A stretch of 64,000 nt of DNA from positions 16,874 through 80,873 of the forward strand of contig JBMYZL010000010.1 in NCBI GenBank assembly GCA_049610385.1, read 5' to 3'. Position numbers and translations under genes: made by a program. The stretch is from Flavobacteriales bacterium (GTDB lineage: Bacteria > Bacteroidota > Bacteroidia > Flavobacteriales_D > Sanyastnellaceae). Shown here one piece after another: positions 45,365 through 53,771 of the stretch; position 1 is the stretch's first letter; the number at the start of each line of letters is the position of its first letter. Below the pieces are notes generated by a model. That model saw nothing but the letters and a program-made list of their open reading frames with translations, was not told where the DNA came from and did no database searches.

Positions 45365-48300
45365 TTATCGAAACATGTGGATGGCACCTGTCTTTTCGAG
45401 GCGCCTCCCGTCATGAAGCCGCAGAAGAATGAGGTATGAGTATACGCCATCCTCAGTGAAGAAATCGCCGTTCTGGTCGTTTCCAATCCAATGCTCGCCC
45501 AAGTCTTGCGATTTGAAAACAATTTGACCCCAGCGATTGAAAATCAAACATTCATATTGCAGAACTTCATCCGGTTCAAAGCCCGTTGGCACCGCTTGCC
45601 AGGCATCATTGACACCATCGTGATCAGGTGTGAAAGAGCTTGGAGCAAAGAAATCAATGGGGTCCACAAAAGGAATCATCCTGCAGGTGGTTGTTGCGCA
45701 TTCAATGGAATCGGTCACGGTCAGGCAGATCACCGCTGGATCGGTTGGAGCCGACAACAAATTGAGGGTCAAGTTGGGGTCTGTGCCCTCAATGTCAGAG
45801 CTTTCTTGAAATTGCCAAACCCAACTCACAAGCAACGAATCTTCAACTGACCACGTTGAAGTCGCATTCACCCAAGGTTCGTAGCGAGACGGATCCTCTG
45901 GCGAAATGGAAAAGCCGGAAGCGGGTGAAGGAGATCCGCATATACCAACGCTCTCTGAGATACCAACGCATCCCACTGTTGAAGTGACCGTCCTGTATAG
46001 TTCTCCGCATCCTGCGTCATGCAAGGTGAAGGTGGCCTCGGTCAATTCCGAAGATGGAATCACCACACCGGAAGGTTGTACAAAACTCCATGAAACGCTT
46101 TGTCCTCCAGTTCCTGTGGCTTCAAAGTTGTAAGGCACGCAACCCGTTACCGGAAACACTTCGAAGGAGGCATCTGGCAATGGATGGATGGTGATGTCCG
46201 CCTCAGTTGTGGATCCGCATTCACCAGTCAACACATATTGGACTGAATAGTCTCCAGGGGCAGCTACCATGAACGTTCCGGATGCATTGACACCATTGCC
46301 GCCGAACTGTCCCCCGGGTGTGTTGGGGGTGAATTGGATGGGCAGGTCATTCAAACAGGCCTCTGTGATGGGGGTGAACGCTGAGGATGGATTGGGAATG
46401 ACTTCAATCGAAGTGCTCTCTGAAGTGGGGCAATCGCCAAAGGTTTCGTAGAGCAAATCCCAAGTTCCAACACCAGCAGCGGAAGGATTGAAAGTATTTT
46501 CATCCAAACACCCTGAACATCCAGTTGAGCTCCAAACGCCATTGCTGACGGATGCTTGGAGATTGACCGCTGTAGCCCCAACACAAATGGGGTTCGGGTT
46601 CACCACGCCGAGGTCTGGAGTGAGTAGAATTTCGAAAGTCGTCGTCAAACTGGCCGGACAAGTCCCCGTACCGGTGTATGTGATCTCAACAGTTCCCTCA
46701 CCCGCAGCTGCAGGGTCGAATATGCCGCTGGACGAATCGAGGCAAACTGCGCACGATGCCGACCAATAACCTGACTCGAGATAATTTGTGGTGAATTCAA
46801 AGGGGTCAGATTCGGTGCACAAGTAGGAAGGAAGTCCCAACACCAGCGGGACAGGTTGAACCACTGTCATTTCAAATGAATCTGACACGGCTTCGCATCC
46901 ATCAACTTCACCGCTCAACACCCACCACCCCATGTCATCCAAGGTGACTCCTTCCCACGTGTCTCCTGGGCCAGCAGAAGTTTCTACACCGGCCGAGGTC
47001 CATGTCAAGTCTGCATTGTTGGGCAGTTGGGCAATGGGCTCAGGCAATGTCACTTCCGATCCTTCGCAGGCACTGAGGGAAGACTCAGTCAGTTCCAAGT
47101 CAAACGTCGGAGTGATGATCAATTCAAAATTCGCAGGGGCCGATATACAACCATCCAAATACGCCACAACTTGTCCCAGGCCACCATCCGCAAGAGAAAG
47201 GTTGGTGAGGGATGGATTGTTGTTGACTTCTGTCGTGCCATCTGGCCAAGTCCAGACCACAGAATCCATGCCCAATTCGGGATTGGCTTCGAAGGCAACA
47301 TCATCCCCTTCGCAGATGGGTGAATCCCATGCAGGTGACGGGGGCGCAGGCCCCTCGGCGATGTCCAAGAGAACGGTGTCAGGCTCAATCTCACAGCCTG
47401 CGGCATTCAGTCCATTCAGGATGTACATCCCGGTATTTTCAAGGGTTACATTGGGCAAAAAGAGGGTGTCTTCAGTGCTCACAACAGATCCGTCATGGGT
47501 CCACTCATACGTAGCGCCAGGAACCTCATTGGGGACAATTTGGATGGATTCCCCGACACAAATGTCTTCAGGATTTGACAAGGTGAGTTCGAATTCAGGT
47601 TCCGCAAAGTCGGAGAAGTAACCATATCGCCCATAGCTCCCTTGTTGACCAATCATCAAACCCAAATGAAAGGCGCCGGATGCGTTTGTCACTTGGGTGG
47701 CATTGCCTGTGATTACCCAGCTCGGATTGATGATCTGTGCGAACATCCATTCTCCATTTGAAGCAGGCACCACTGAAAAGTCGCCAGCCTGAAGGTTGTT
47801 CGGATTGCCATTGACGAGGAAATCACCTTCTGTCCCTGCTGGGGTCAGAACATTCAATCGAAAGTTGTCGTTGGTAGATCGGAAAAAAACGACCTCACCT
47901 GACCCCGTGCATTCGAGGGCGGGCAGCATCCCTCCACCCACTTCGCATCCGAATCCAGTCACTTGAAATATCAAAACGGGTTCAGTTGTTTCGATGTGAA
48001 GCGTTGGATCTAGGACTTGAAGTGACAGTGATTCGCCTGTATCCAAACTGCCCAATAAAGGCGTGCCGTTTTGGGTGATTCCTGTTCCATTTTGGGTGGC
48101 CAAGATGTAGATGCGTTCATTGGATGTCAGCCCCCCACGGATGGCAACGAATTCTGTCCCAGCCTCGGTGATGGGGGTGCACTGATCTCCAACCAAATCA
48201 AAACACAAGGTGCTGCCGGATGTCTGTTCAATGGAATCATCTGAGATGGTGATGGCGATGGGTGCTGAGCTGGTCACGGACGTGCCTGTCGGATGAGCTG

Positions 48301-48925
48301 GGCCCGACACCCCTGCCGATCGACAACCATAGGTTTCTCCAGCATTCAAAATCACGTCGAAGGGAACGCCCGCAGGGTGATTCAAGAGGTTGACACTTGG
48401 CGTGATGGTGATGACCGTATTGTCTTCCGTGGCCACGATGTCAAATGCCGATTTGGATTGCGGAAAATGATTGGGCAACTGATTTTGAAAGGGCAACAGG
48501 AATTCTGTGCCCAGGGCATTTTGGCCTTTCAGCACGAAAACGTCAGCATTCAAAGCATTGTCGATTTCGTAGTAGCAGGAAATATCCGAGGTGCTTGTGA
48601 TGTGGATTCCTTTCTGCAAAACCGAATTGGCAGGCTTGTTTTCCAATAGATCCAGAAAAGGTGTCAGGTCCAAACTCATGGCATCATTCGCCCCCAACCC
48701 CAATTCAATGGGCGCAAAAGTGGGGTCAGCAGGCAATTCAACCGAAACTTGAGCCGGTTCCTCACCTGAACTGAATCGCAGCATGATGGGGTCGTCTCCA
48801 TGTCCCGCCCAAACTTCAGGTGCAACGAACCAAAATGAATCGTCCAATTGTCCAAGAACCACTGACTGCCCCACCAACAAACAAGCTGCGGTGAGGAGTA
48901 CGCGATTAAAATGGGGACAATTCAT
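45365..48925 (-). CDS. Giant T9SS type-B cargo (adhesin-like, multiple Ig-like domains, gliding-motility-type C-terminal sorting domain)
   Basis: The ATG at 48925 (the ORF track uses a TTG at 48931) gives MNCPHFNRVLLTAACLLVGQSVVLGQ. A large beta-helix or IgGFc-binding-like N-terminal region (GTEFLLPF.., GTEFVAIRGG), then many Cys-bracketed Ig-like units. The C-terminus is FFAPSSFTPDHDGVNDAWQAV...YECLIFNRWGQIVFKS. Confidence 0.8.
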   Translation of the reverse strand: MNCPHFNRVLLTAACLLVGQSVVLGQLDDSFWFVAPEVWAGHGDDPIMLRFSSGEEPAQVSVELPADPTFAPIELGLGANDAMSLDLTPFLDLLENKPANSVLQKGIHITSTSDISCYYEIDNALNADVFVLKGQNALGTEFLLPFQNQLPNHFPQSKSAFDIVATEDNTVITITPSVNLLNHPAGVPFDVILNAGETYGCRSAGVSGPAHPTGTSVTSSAPIAITISDDSIEQTSGSTLCFDLVGDQCTPITEAGTEFVAIRGGLTSNERIYILATQNGTGITQNGTPLLGSLDTGESLSLQVLDPTLHIETTEPVLIFQVTGFGCEVGGGMLPALECTGSGEVVFFRSTNDNFRLNVLTPAGTEGDFLVNGNPNNLQAGDFSVVPASNGEWMFAQIINPSWVITGNATQVTNASGAFHLGLMIGQQGSYGRYGYFSDFAEPEFELTLSNPEDICVGESIQIVPNEVPGATYEWTHDGSVVSTEDTLFLPNVTLENTGMYILNGLNAAGCEIEPDTVLLDIAEGPAPPSPAWDSPICEGDDVAFEANPELGMDSVVWTWPDGTTEVNNNPSLTNLSLADGGLGQVVAYLDGCISAPANFELIITPTFDLELTESSLSACEGSEVTLPEPIAQLPNNADLTWTSAGVETSAGPGDTWEGVTLDDMGWWVLSGEVDGCEAVSDSFEMTVVQPVPLVLGLPSYLCTESDPFEFTTNYLESGYWSASCAVCLDSSSGIFDPAAAGEGTVEITYTGTGTCPASLTTTFEILLTPDLGVVNPNPICVGATAVNLQASVSNGVWSSTGCSGCLDENTFNPSAAGVGTWDLLYETFGDCPTSESTSIEVIPNPSSAFTPITEACLNDLPIQFTPNTPGGQFGGNGVNASGTFMVAAPGDYSVQYVLTGECGSTTEADITIHPLPDASFEVFPVTGCVPYNFEATGTGGQSVSWSFVQPSGVVIPSSELTEATFTLHDAGCGELYRTVTSTVGCVGISESVGICGSPSPASGFSISPEDPSRYEPWVNATSTWSVEDSLLVSWVWQFQESSDIEGTDPNLTLNLLSAPTDPAVICLTVTDSIECATTTCRMIPFVDPIDFFAPSSFTPDHDGVNDAWQAVPTGFEPDEVLQYECLIFNRWGQIVFKSQDLGEHWIGNDQNGDFFTEDGVYSYLILLRLHDGRRLEKTGAIHMFR

Positions 48926-49511
48926 ATACAAATGAAATCAAAATTGAGGATTCACCAGGAGAATGTTTTCTGTTCGAAAACAAACGCAGATGTGAAGCAT
49001 CACAAACAGAATTTACCGGTTTTTTCAGCTCATTTCATTGATGAGTACGACACCACTGCAAACCAGAAAACAACTGGCTTCGGAATTGGGTTGCACGGTG
49101 CGTTCCACCTGATGAATCCAAATTTCTTATCCAGTTGCTCCGAACACAAAAACATCCAATCACTCCGATTCCCGTGGAACGATGTGCAAGTTAGCTCAGG
49201 ATAAACAAAATCAGGGTTTGCATAGCCATCCAGATGGGAAGAGACAGCAGTCCATTTGGGCGGGCTTCATGTTGCATTGGAATCGCGACAACAGTTTTTG
49301 CACATTGGGATGATGCCGCTGTCAAAACGAACACGTTTGAAAATCGTTCGGAAAAGCCTGTGTTTTGGTCGGCTATCAGATGTGTCTGAGCATTTGGAGG
49401 TCAAGTCAGGCGAGATGAAGAAGATGTTCATGGAGACGCTGGATTTTTGTGATTGATGTTGCCTTGATGATGATCGGCCATCTGTGGGTTCAATAGTGGT
49501 TAAATTGCGAC

Positions 49512-50282
49512 ATGAATGTTTTGGAGGGTTTCGGCTTCGTTTTGGTTTTGTCGGGATTCGTGATTGGATGCAGGTTTGAGCCTTCTGAGGATTCGGTGTC
49601 AAATTCCCCTCCGGCCTTCGACGATACACAGGAGTCGACATGGACATTGCAACCAGGTTGGGGCCTTGAATTGAACGCCCCTTGTTCCATCGACTTTTGG
49701 GCAAATGATGAAGAGATGGGGCATTTTTATTTGGTCCGTACTTCTGAAGGCAAGTTCATCACGGCACCCGGTTTTCCTGAAACATGGAGGCGGGCAAGAC
49801 GAACAGGAAAACCTCGGGCGGGCATTCATGCGTTTGTTTTGGGTGAGCCTGCCATTGAGCAGGCCATTTGGTTTCTTTCCCACACATCGAGTGATGATTG
49901 GGGGGAACTGCCGCCTGTTTTGGATTTGGAGTCCTTGTGGGTGGAGAATGGCATGAGCACAAAAGCCTGTGAAAGAGAATGGCTTCGATGGCTTCGGCGT
50001 GTGGAAGCCGTGATGGATTGCCGCCCGATACTGAAAATGGGTTCGGAATTTGCCAACCGCCACATTCAAGACACCTTGTTCAATCGATATCCACTTTGGT
50101 TGAGTGACTGGAGCTCAGAACTTCAGAATGTACCAAAAATATGGGAGGAGACAGGTTGGACTTTTGCATCAGCACCTCCCTTGGAAAAGGGGCAGATAAG
50201 CCCGGATGGTGGGCAACCCGTTCTGTGCCGTGCCACACCCAATTTCCCCTTTGTACAACCCTCTTCTCCTGCACATGAATGA
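49512..50282 (+). CDS. GH25-like (lysozyme/muramidase-fold) lipoprotein, divergent
   Basis: Lipobox (FVIGC). Collinear GH25-like motifs: SIDFW, HFYLVRTSEG, GIHAF, AIEQAIWF, LPPVLDLE and YPLWLSDW. The first catalytic-region motif is GLELN rather than the usual G-I-D-V-S, so activity is uncertain. Confidence 0.5.
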   Translation: MNVLEGFGFVLVLSGFVIGCRFEPSEDSVSNSPPAFDDTQESTWTLQPGWGLELNAPCSIDFWANDEEMGHFYLVRTSEGKFITAPGFPETWRRARRTGKPRAGIHAFVLGEPAIEQAIWFLSHTSSDDWGELPPVLDLESLWVENGMSTKACEREWLRWLRRVEAVMDCRPILKMGSEFANRHIQDTLFNRYPLWLSDWSSELQNVPKIWEETGWTFASAPPLEKGQISPDGGQPVLCRATPNFPFVQPSSPAHE

Positions 50283-50865
50283 AGTCTATGAACAAACTGT
50301 GACCTCATGGTCATCGGTTGTTGGCCAACCTCCGGGGACGCGATTTGAATCTTGTATCCTGCGTGATTTTTCAGCCCGCGAAGTTTCAGGAGGTGAGAGG
50401 AGAGGGACATTCGCCACGTTTCGATTTGAAGATTGTCGATTTGAGTCATGTGATTTGAGCAATGTTCCGATCAATGGAACTCACTTTCGGGATGTTTCAT
50501 TTGCCGATTGTAAGCTCGCTGGCTTGCGCTGGGATACAGCGGCATCCATGGGTTTTGCCTGCGTTTGGAGCCGTTGCAAGATGCCTTACTCGGTCTGGGA
50601 AGGGATGGACCTGCGATCATGTCGGTTTGATGAGGTGGATTTGACTGAGTCCGACTTTGGCCAAACCCAATGTCAAAAAATGGATTTTCATCATTGCAAC
50701 TTGATGGGTGCCCGATGGGCAGGAGCTCATTGCGATGAGGTCGATTTTACCACAGCCATTTCGGTTTCCATGAACCCCGTGGAAACGTCTCTCAAACGGG
50801 CAAAATTCCGGCCGGATCAATTGGGCAGTTTGCTCGCCCATTGGGGCATCGAAGTCTCGACTTGA
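50275..50865 (+). CDS. Pentapeptide-repeat protein
   Basis: The ATG at 50275 overlaps the upstream stop (ATGAATGA). Long runs of the A(D/N)LXX-type pentapeptide periodicity (FEDCRFESCDLSNVPINGTHFRDVSFADCKLAGLRW; CRFDEVDLTESDFGQTQCQKMDFHHCNLMGARWAGAHCDEVDF). Confidence 0.7.
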   Translation: MNEVYEQTVTSWSSVVGQPPGTRFESCILRDFSAREVSGGERRGTFATFRFEDCRFESCDLSNVPINGTHFRDVSFADCKLAGLRWDTAASMGFACVWSRCKMPYSVWEGMDLRSCRFDEVDLTESDFGQTQCQKMDFHHCNLMGARWAGAHCDEVDFTTAISVSMNPVETSLKRAKFRPDQLGSLLAHWGIEVST

Positions 50866-51009
50866 TTTTCGGTTGCAGAGCCTATCGGCAATGGAGACTC
50901 GGGCTTGGTTGTGTTCGCGAAAAAGTTCACATTTTCTTCAAGCTTCGGATACGTGAATTCAAGGATTGCTTGTGATTTCCGCATTTTTGCAAAGGCAACG
51001 TATGGATAG

Positions 51010-52200
51010 ATGAGCCATTTATTAGGGACCAAGCAAGTATCATCGATGCTGTTGTGCATCGGATGTTTCAGCACCGCTTTTTGGGCGCAAGTTGATTCGG
51101 TAAGCGTTCAATTTCGGGTCCTCGCCCCAGGGCTTTCTCCGGACAGTTCCGTCTACCTGGCTGGAAGTCCGTCAGCGTGGGGGATTTGGAGACCAGATGG
51201 AGTGAGATTGGGGTATGTTGGTGATGGGGTTTGGGCAGGCCAAGTCAACATGGCTTACCCGCAAACCTTTGAGTACAAGTTCACGCTGGGGCTGTGGTCA
51301 CATGAAGCTCTGGATTCGGAGGGGTTTCCATGGGAAAATCAAACCGCGTCCGTGGCGGAAAATCTGCTGATTGAAGCCCAAATTGACGATTGGCTCGCTG
51401 GCGGGGATCCACCGCGCAGAATCCAAGGGCAGGTGACGGGCCAAGTGGATCGCATAGAAAATTGGGAATGGCCGGGACTCCAACCACGAGATGTCCATGT
51501 CTGGGTCCCTCCGGGTTACACGGAACAACCTGAAATGTTCTGCGATGTGCTGTTCATGCATGATGGACAAAATGTTTTTGATCCTGTGACCAGCAATTTT
51601 GGTGTGGATTGGGGGGTGGACGAAACCTTGGATTCTCTCATCCGCCTTGGACATTTGCATCCAACCCTTCTTGTGACGGCGGACTGCACCGATCATCGGT
51701 CCACGGAATACGCACCGGGGCCGGGTGGGGAAGCTTATTTGGATTGGGTGACAAAAGGGCTCTTGCCCTGGTTGGCTCGGAATTACCGGGTTCATGAAGG
51801 GCCGCTTCACACAACTGTTGCCGGTGCCTCGATGGGGGGACTCATTAGCTTCATGTTGGCAGAACGGCACCCTGAGGCTTTCGGAGCTGCCATTTGCATG
51901 TCCCCGGCTTTTGTCTACAATGGATTGGATTATCCCGAGGTTGTCGGAAGCCGCCCTTGGCCAACAGAAGCTGGATATTTTTACATCGACAATGGCGGGG
52001 TCGGGTTGGAGGAAGTGTTGCAACCGGGTGTCGATCGGATGCGATCTGTTCTAACCGATTTGGGCTTAGATTCAACGGATTTTTCTGTGCAGCAATTCCC
52101 AGAAGGGCATCATTTTGAGGCTGATTGGGGTGCGCGTTTTGGAGATGCGATTCAAGAAACGTCTTCCGCCTTGGACCGGCGAAGAATGAACAACCATTGA
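51010..52200 (+). CDS. Esterase-D/enterochelin-esterase-type alpha/beta-hydrolase with an N-terminal CBM20/48-like beta-sandwich
   Basis: Signal peptide. The N-terminal VQFRVLAPGL..SVYLAGSPSAWGIW......W...V......EYKF pattern resembles a starch-binding-type module. The core has VWVPPGY, LFMHDGQNVFD and the nucleophile elbow GASMGG. Confidence 0.7.
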   Translation: MSHLLGTKQVSSMLLCIGCFSTAFWAQVDSVSVQFRVLAPGLSPDSSVYLAGSPSAWGIWRPDGVRLGYVGDGVWAGQVNMAYPQTFEYKFTLGLWSHEALDSEGFPWENQTASVAENLLIEAQIDDWLAGGDPPRRIQGQVTGQVDRIENWEWPGLQPRDVHVWVPPGYTEQPEMFCDVLFMHDGQNVFDPVTSNFGVDWGVDETLDSLIRLGHLHPTLLVTADCTDHRSTEYAPGPGGEAYLDWVTKGLLPWLARNYRVHEGPLHTTVAGASMGGLISFMLAERHPEAFGAAICMSPAFVYNGLDYPEVVGSRPWPTEAGYFYIDNGGVGLEEVLQPGVDRMRSVLTDLGLDSTDFSVQQFPEGHHFEADWGARFGDAIQETSSALDRRRMNNH

Positions 52201-53372
52201 AAATTGAACAGGGCAAGAATCACAAAAAGAAGGGCTGTGGACTTTCCTGGGAAATGAACTGCAAATAGAATTGAAATCAGAACGTCAGGAATCGGTCCGG
52301 TCAGCGCGTTGGAGATCTTTTGACCATCCCAAACGGCTCCTACCCACCACAGATTCCACAACACCCAAAGGATTCCAGATGCCAACAACGTCGTTGACAG
52401 GGATGCTTCGCCGATGAGAAGCCCCAGAGCCCCCAACAAGGTCAGGGCCCATCGGGTGAGGAGTCCGATGAGCAAGGATTGTGCTGGCATGACCTGAAAT
52501 TTGGGCGCAGCTGGGTCCATGGCAGGGGGGGGAATGACTCCGCCCAACTGCGCAGGGCCCCAACCTGGTGGGGAAAACAAAAACTTCAATTTTGTGGGCA
52601 AGTCTGGCATTTGCTGCATCCCTTGCCAGAGTCGACGCCAAGGTTGCAGTTGAGCCCGGACAGGATTGAACGTCTCTGCAGGAACTGTAATGCCATATGT
52701 GGGCGGTTCGATTTCGGGCTGAAATGTGCCGAAAAGCCGATCCCATACGATGAATACGCCTGCATGGTTTTTGTCGATGTATTCCGGATTCCGTCCATGG
52801 TGAACCCGATGGTGGGAGGGGGTATTCATGATCCATTCCAATGGGCCCAAGTGGCGAATGGATTCGGTGTGAATCCAAAATTGGTAAACCAAATTCACGG
52901 CCATTACACTGGCAAACATCCATGGAGGCAATCCTACCGCCGCCAGCGGCCAATACACCCACATCATCAAGATTTTTTGTGCGGCACTTTGGCGCAAAGC
53001 GACCCCCAAATTGTAGTCTTCGGATTGATGATGGACAACATGACCAATCCAAAACAAATTCACCCGATGTGACCAGCGATGAGCCCAGTAATAGGCGAAA
53101 TCTGACAAAATGAAGGCGGTGGCCCAACCCCAGGCGCTATCAGGCCAATCCCAAGCTCCACGGAATCCTGAGCATGCGGCATGAACTGTCGTGAAGGCTG
53201 TAACCGTGATGATTTTTGCAAAAACACCTGTGGTTTGATCCATGATGCCACAACCCAAATTGGCCAGGGTATCTCCTAGGCGATAGATGCCTTTTTGACC
53301 CCGATGGTCCCAAAACCACTCCACTGTCATCAACAGAAGGAAAACAGGAATGCTGTAAAGAATGATTTCCAT
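52152..53372 (-). CDS. Fatty-acid hydroxylase / sterol-desaturase-family membrane di-iron enzyme with a C-terminal multi-TM extension
   Basis: His boxes HRWSH, HVVHH and HHRVHH, plus NHAGVFIVWDRLFGTF. The ATG at 53372 (MEIILYSIPVFLLL) is preferred over the TTG at 53474. About 130 extra C-terminal residues form 3-4 hydrophobic helices. Confidence 0.8.
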   Translation of the reverse strand: MEIILYSIPVFLLLMTVEWFWDHRGQKGIYRLGDTLANLGCGIMDQTTGVFAKIITVTAFTTVHAACSGFRGAWDWPDSAWGWATAFILSDFAYYWAHRWSHRVNLFWIGHVVHHQSEDYNLGVALRQSAAQKILMMWVYWPLAAVGLPPWMFASVMAVNLVYQFWIHTESIRHLGPLEWIMNTPSHHRVHHGRNPEYIDKNHAGVFIVWDRLFGTFQPEIEPPTYGITVPAETFNPVRAQLQPWRRLWQGMQQMPDLPTKLKFLFSPPGWGPAQLGGVIPPPAMDPAAPKFQVMPAQSLLIGLLTRWALTLLGALGLLIGEASLSTTLLASGILWVLWNLWWVGAVWDGQKISNALTGPIPDVLISILFAVHFPGKSTALLFVILALFNFQWLFILRRSKAEDVS

Positions 53373-53470
53373 GGGGTTCGTCTCAATGTTCCTATCTGGC
53401 AATATATCGCAAGATCGGCGCTCGCGAAATGGTTGACATGGATGATTTTGGCCCACCCCTTGTTGACCGT

Positions 53471-53746
53471 TCAACCGCTGGGCTTCGTGCCTGTGGCCAC
53501 GGATGTTGCGGACGGATTTTGTGGGTGATGGCTGCAGGATTTTCGCAAACGTCGAAAAGCGATGTTGTGAATCTGTCGGGTGCTGAGTGGATCTCCTGCA
53601 TGGTTTTGGAATTCTTGTAGTGCCTCATCGATGACATCACTTCCCGCGCCTGCGGCTTCCAATGAGGCACGCAGTTTTTCAGGGAGAAAAATTTCCACTT
53701 GGCCGTTAGACTTGATCAATTTTGCCGGTTTGGCGAAATCAATCAT
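53471..53746 (-). CDS. Stand-alone ATP-cone domain protein
   Basis: From the ATG at 53746, the sequence LIKSNGQVEIFLPEKLRASLEAAGAGSDVIDEALQEFQNHAGDPLSTRQIHNIAFRRL fits the ATP-cone pattern (K..G..E.F...K...SL...G.......). About 91 aa. It is divergent from the large fusion gene. Confidence 0.55.
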   Translation of the reverse strand: MIDFAKPAKLIKSNGQVEIFLPEKLRASLEAAGAGSDVIDEALQEFQNHAGDPLSTRQIHNIAFRRLRKSCSHHPQNPSATSVATGTKPSG

Positions 53747-53758
53747 TTGGCAAAGGAC

Positions 53759-53766
53759 TAACTTTG
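53759..53766 (+). promoter_or_regulatory. Exact -7 promoter box (TAACTTTG) 5 nt upstream of the ATG of the large fusion gene
   Basis: It matches TAnnTTTG and sits inside the 25-bp space between the divergent start codons at 53746 (-) and 53772 (+). Confidence 0.3.
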
Positions 53767-53771
53767 TTTGG

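Noticed and set aside
46932-47621. 229-aa plus-strand Ser/Pro-rich ORF
   Set aside because: It lies antisense inside the 3.6-kb T9SS type-B gene.
48911-49704. ORFs of 97, 66 and 145 aa in the long gap upstream of the adhesin and GH25-like genes
   Set aside because: They have no motifs, odd composition, mutual overlaps and no plausible promoter-to-start geometry. I treat the region as non-coding and flag it as a finding instead.
50275-50865. Calling the pentapeptide-repeat protein a Qnr/MfpA-type quinolone-resistance determinant
   Set aside because: Only the generic pentapeptide periodicity is visible. Qnr-specific loops and length (about 218 aa) cannot be verified, so I keep the generic family name.
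51298-53127. Minus-strand ORFs of 241 aa (51298-52023) and 280 aa (52285-53127)
   Set aside because: The first is antisense to the esterase gene. The second is an alternative frame of the sterol-desaturase gene, whose His boxes identify the correct frame.
53580-53771. N-terminal 64-codon extension of the megafusion ORF given by the ORF track
   Set aside because: It runs antisense through the ATP-cone gene, has no TM or domain features, and an exact -7 box sits at 53759-53766 just before the ATG at 53772, whose product starts with a normal TM helix.
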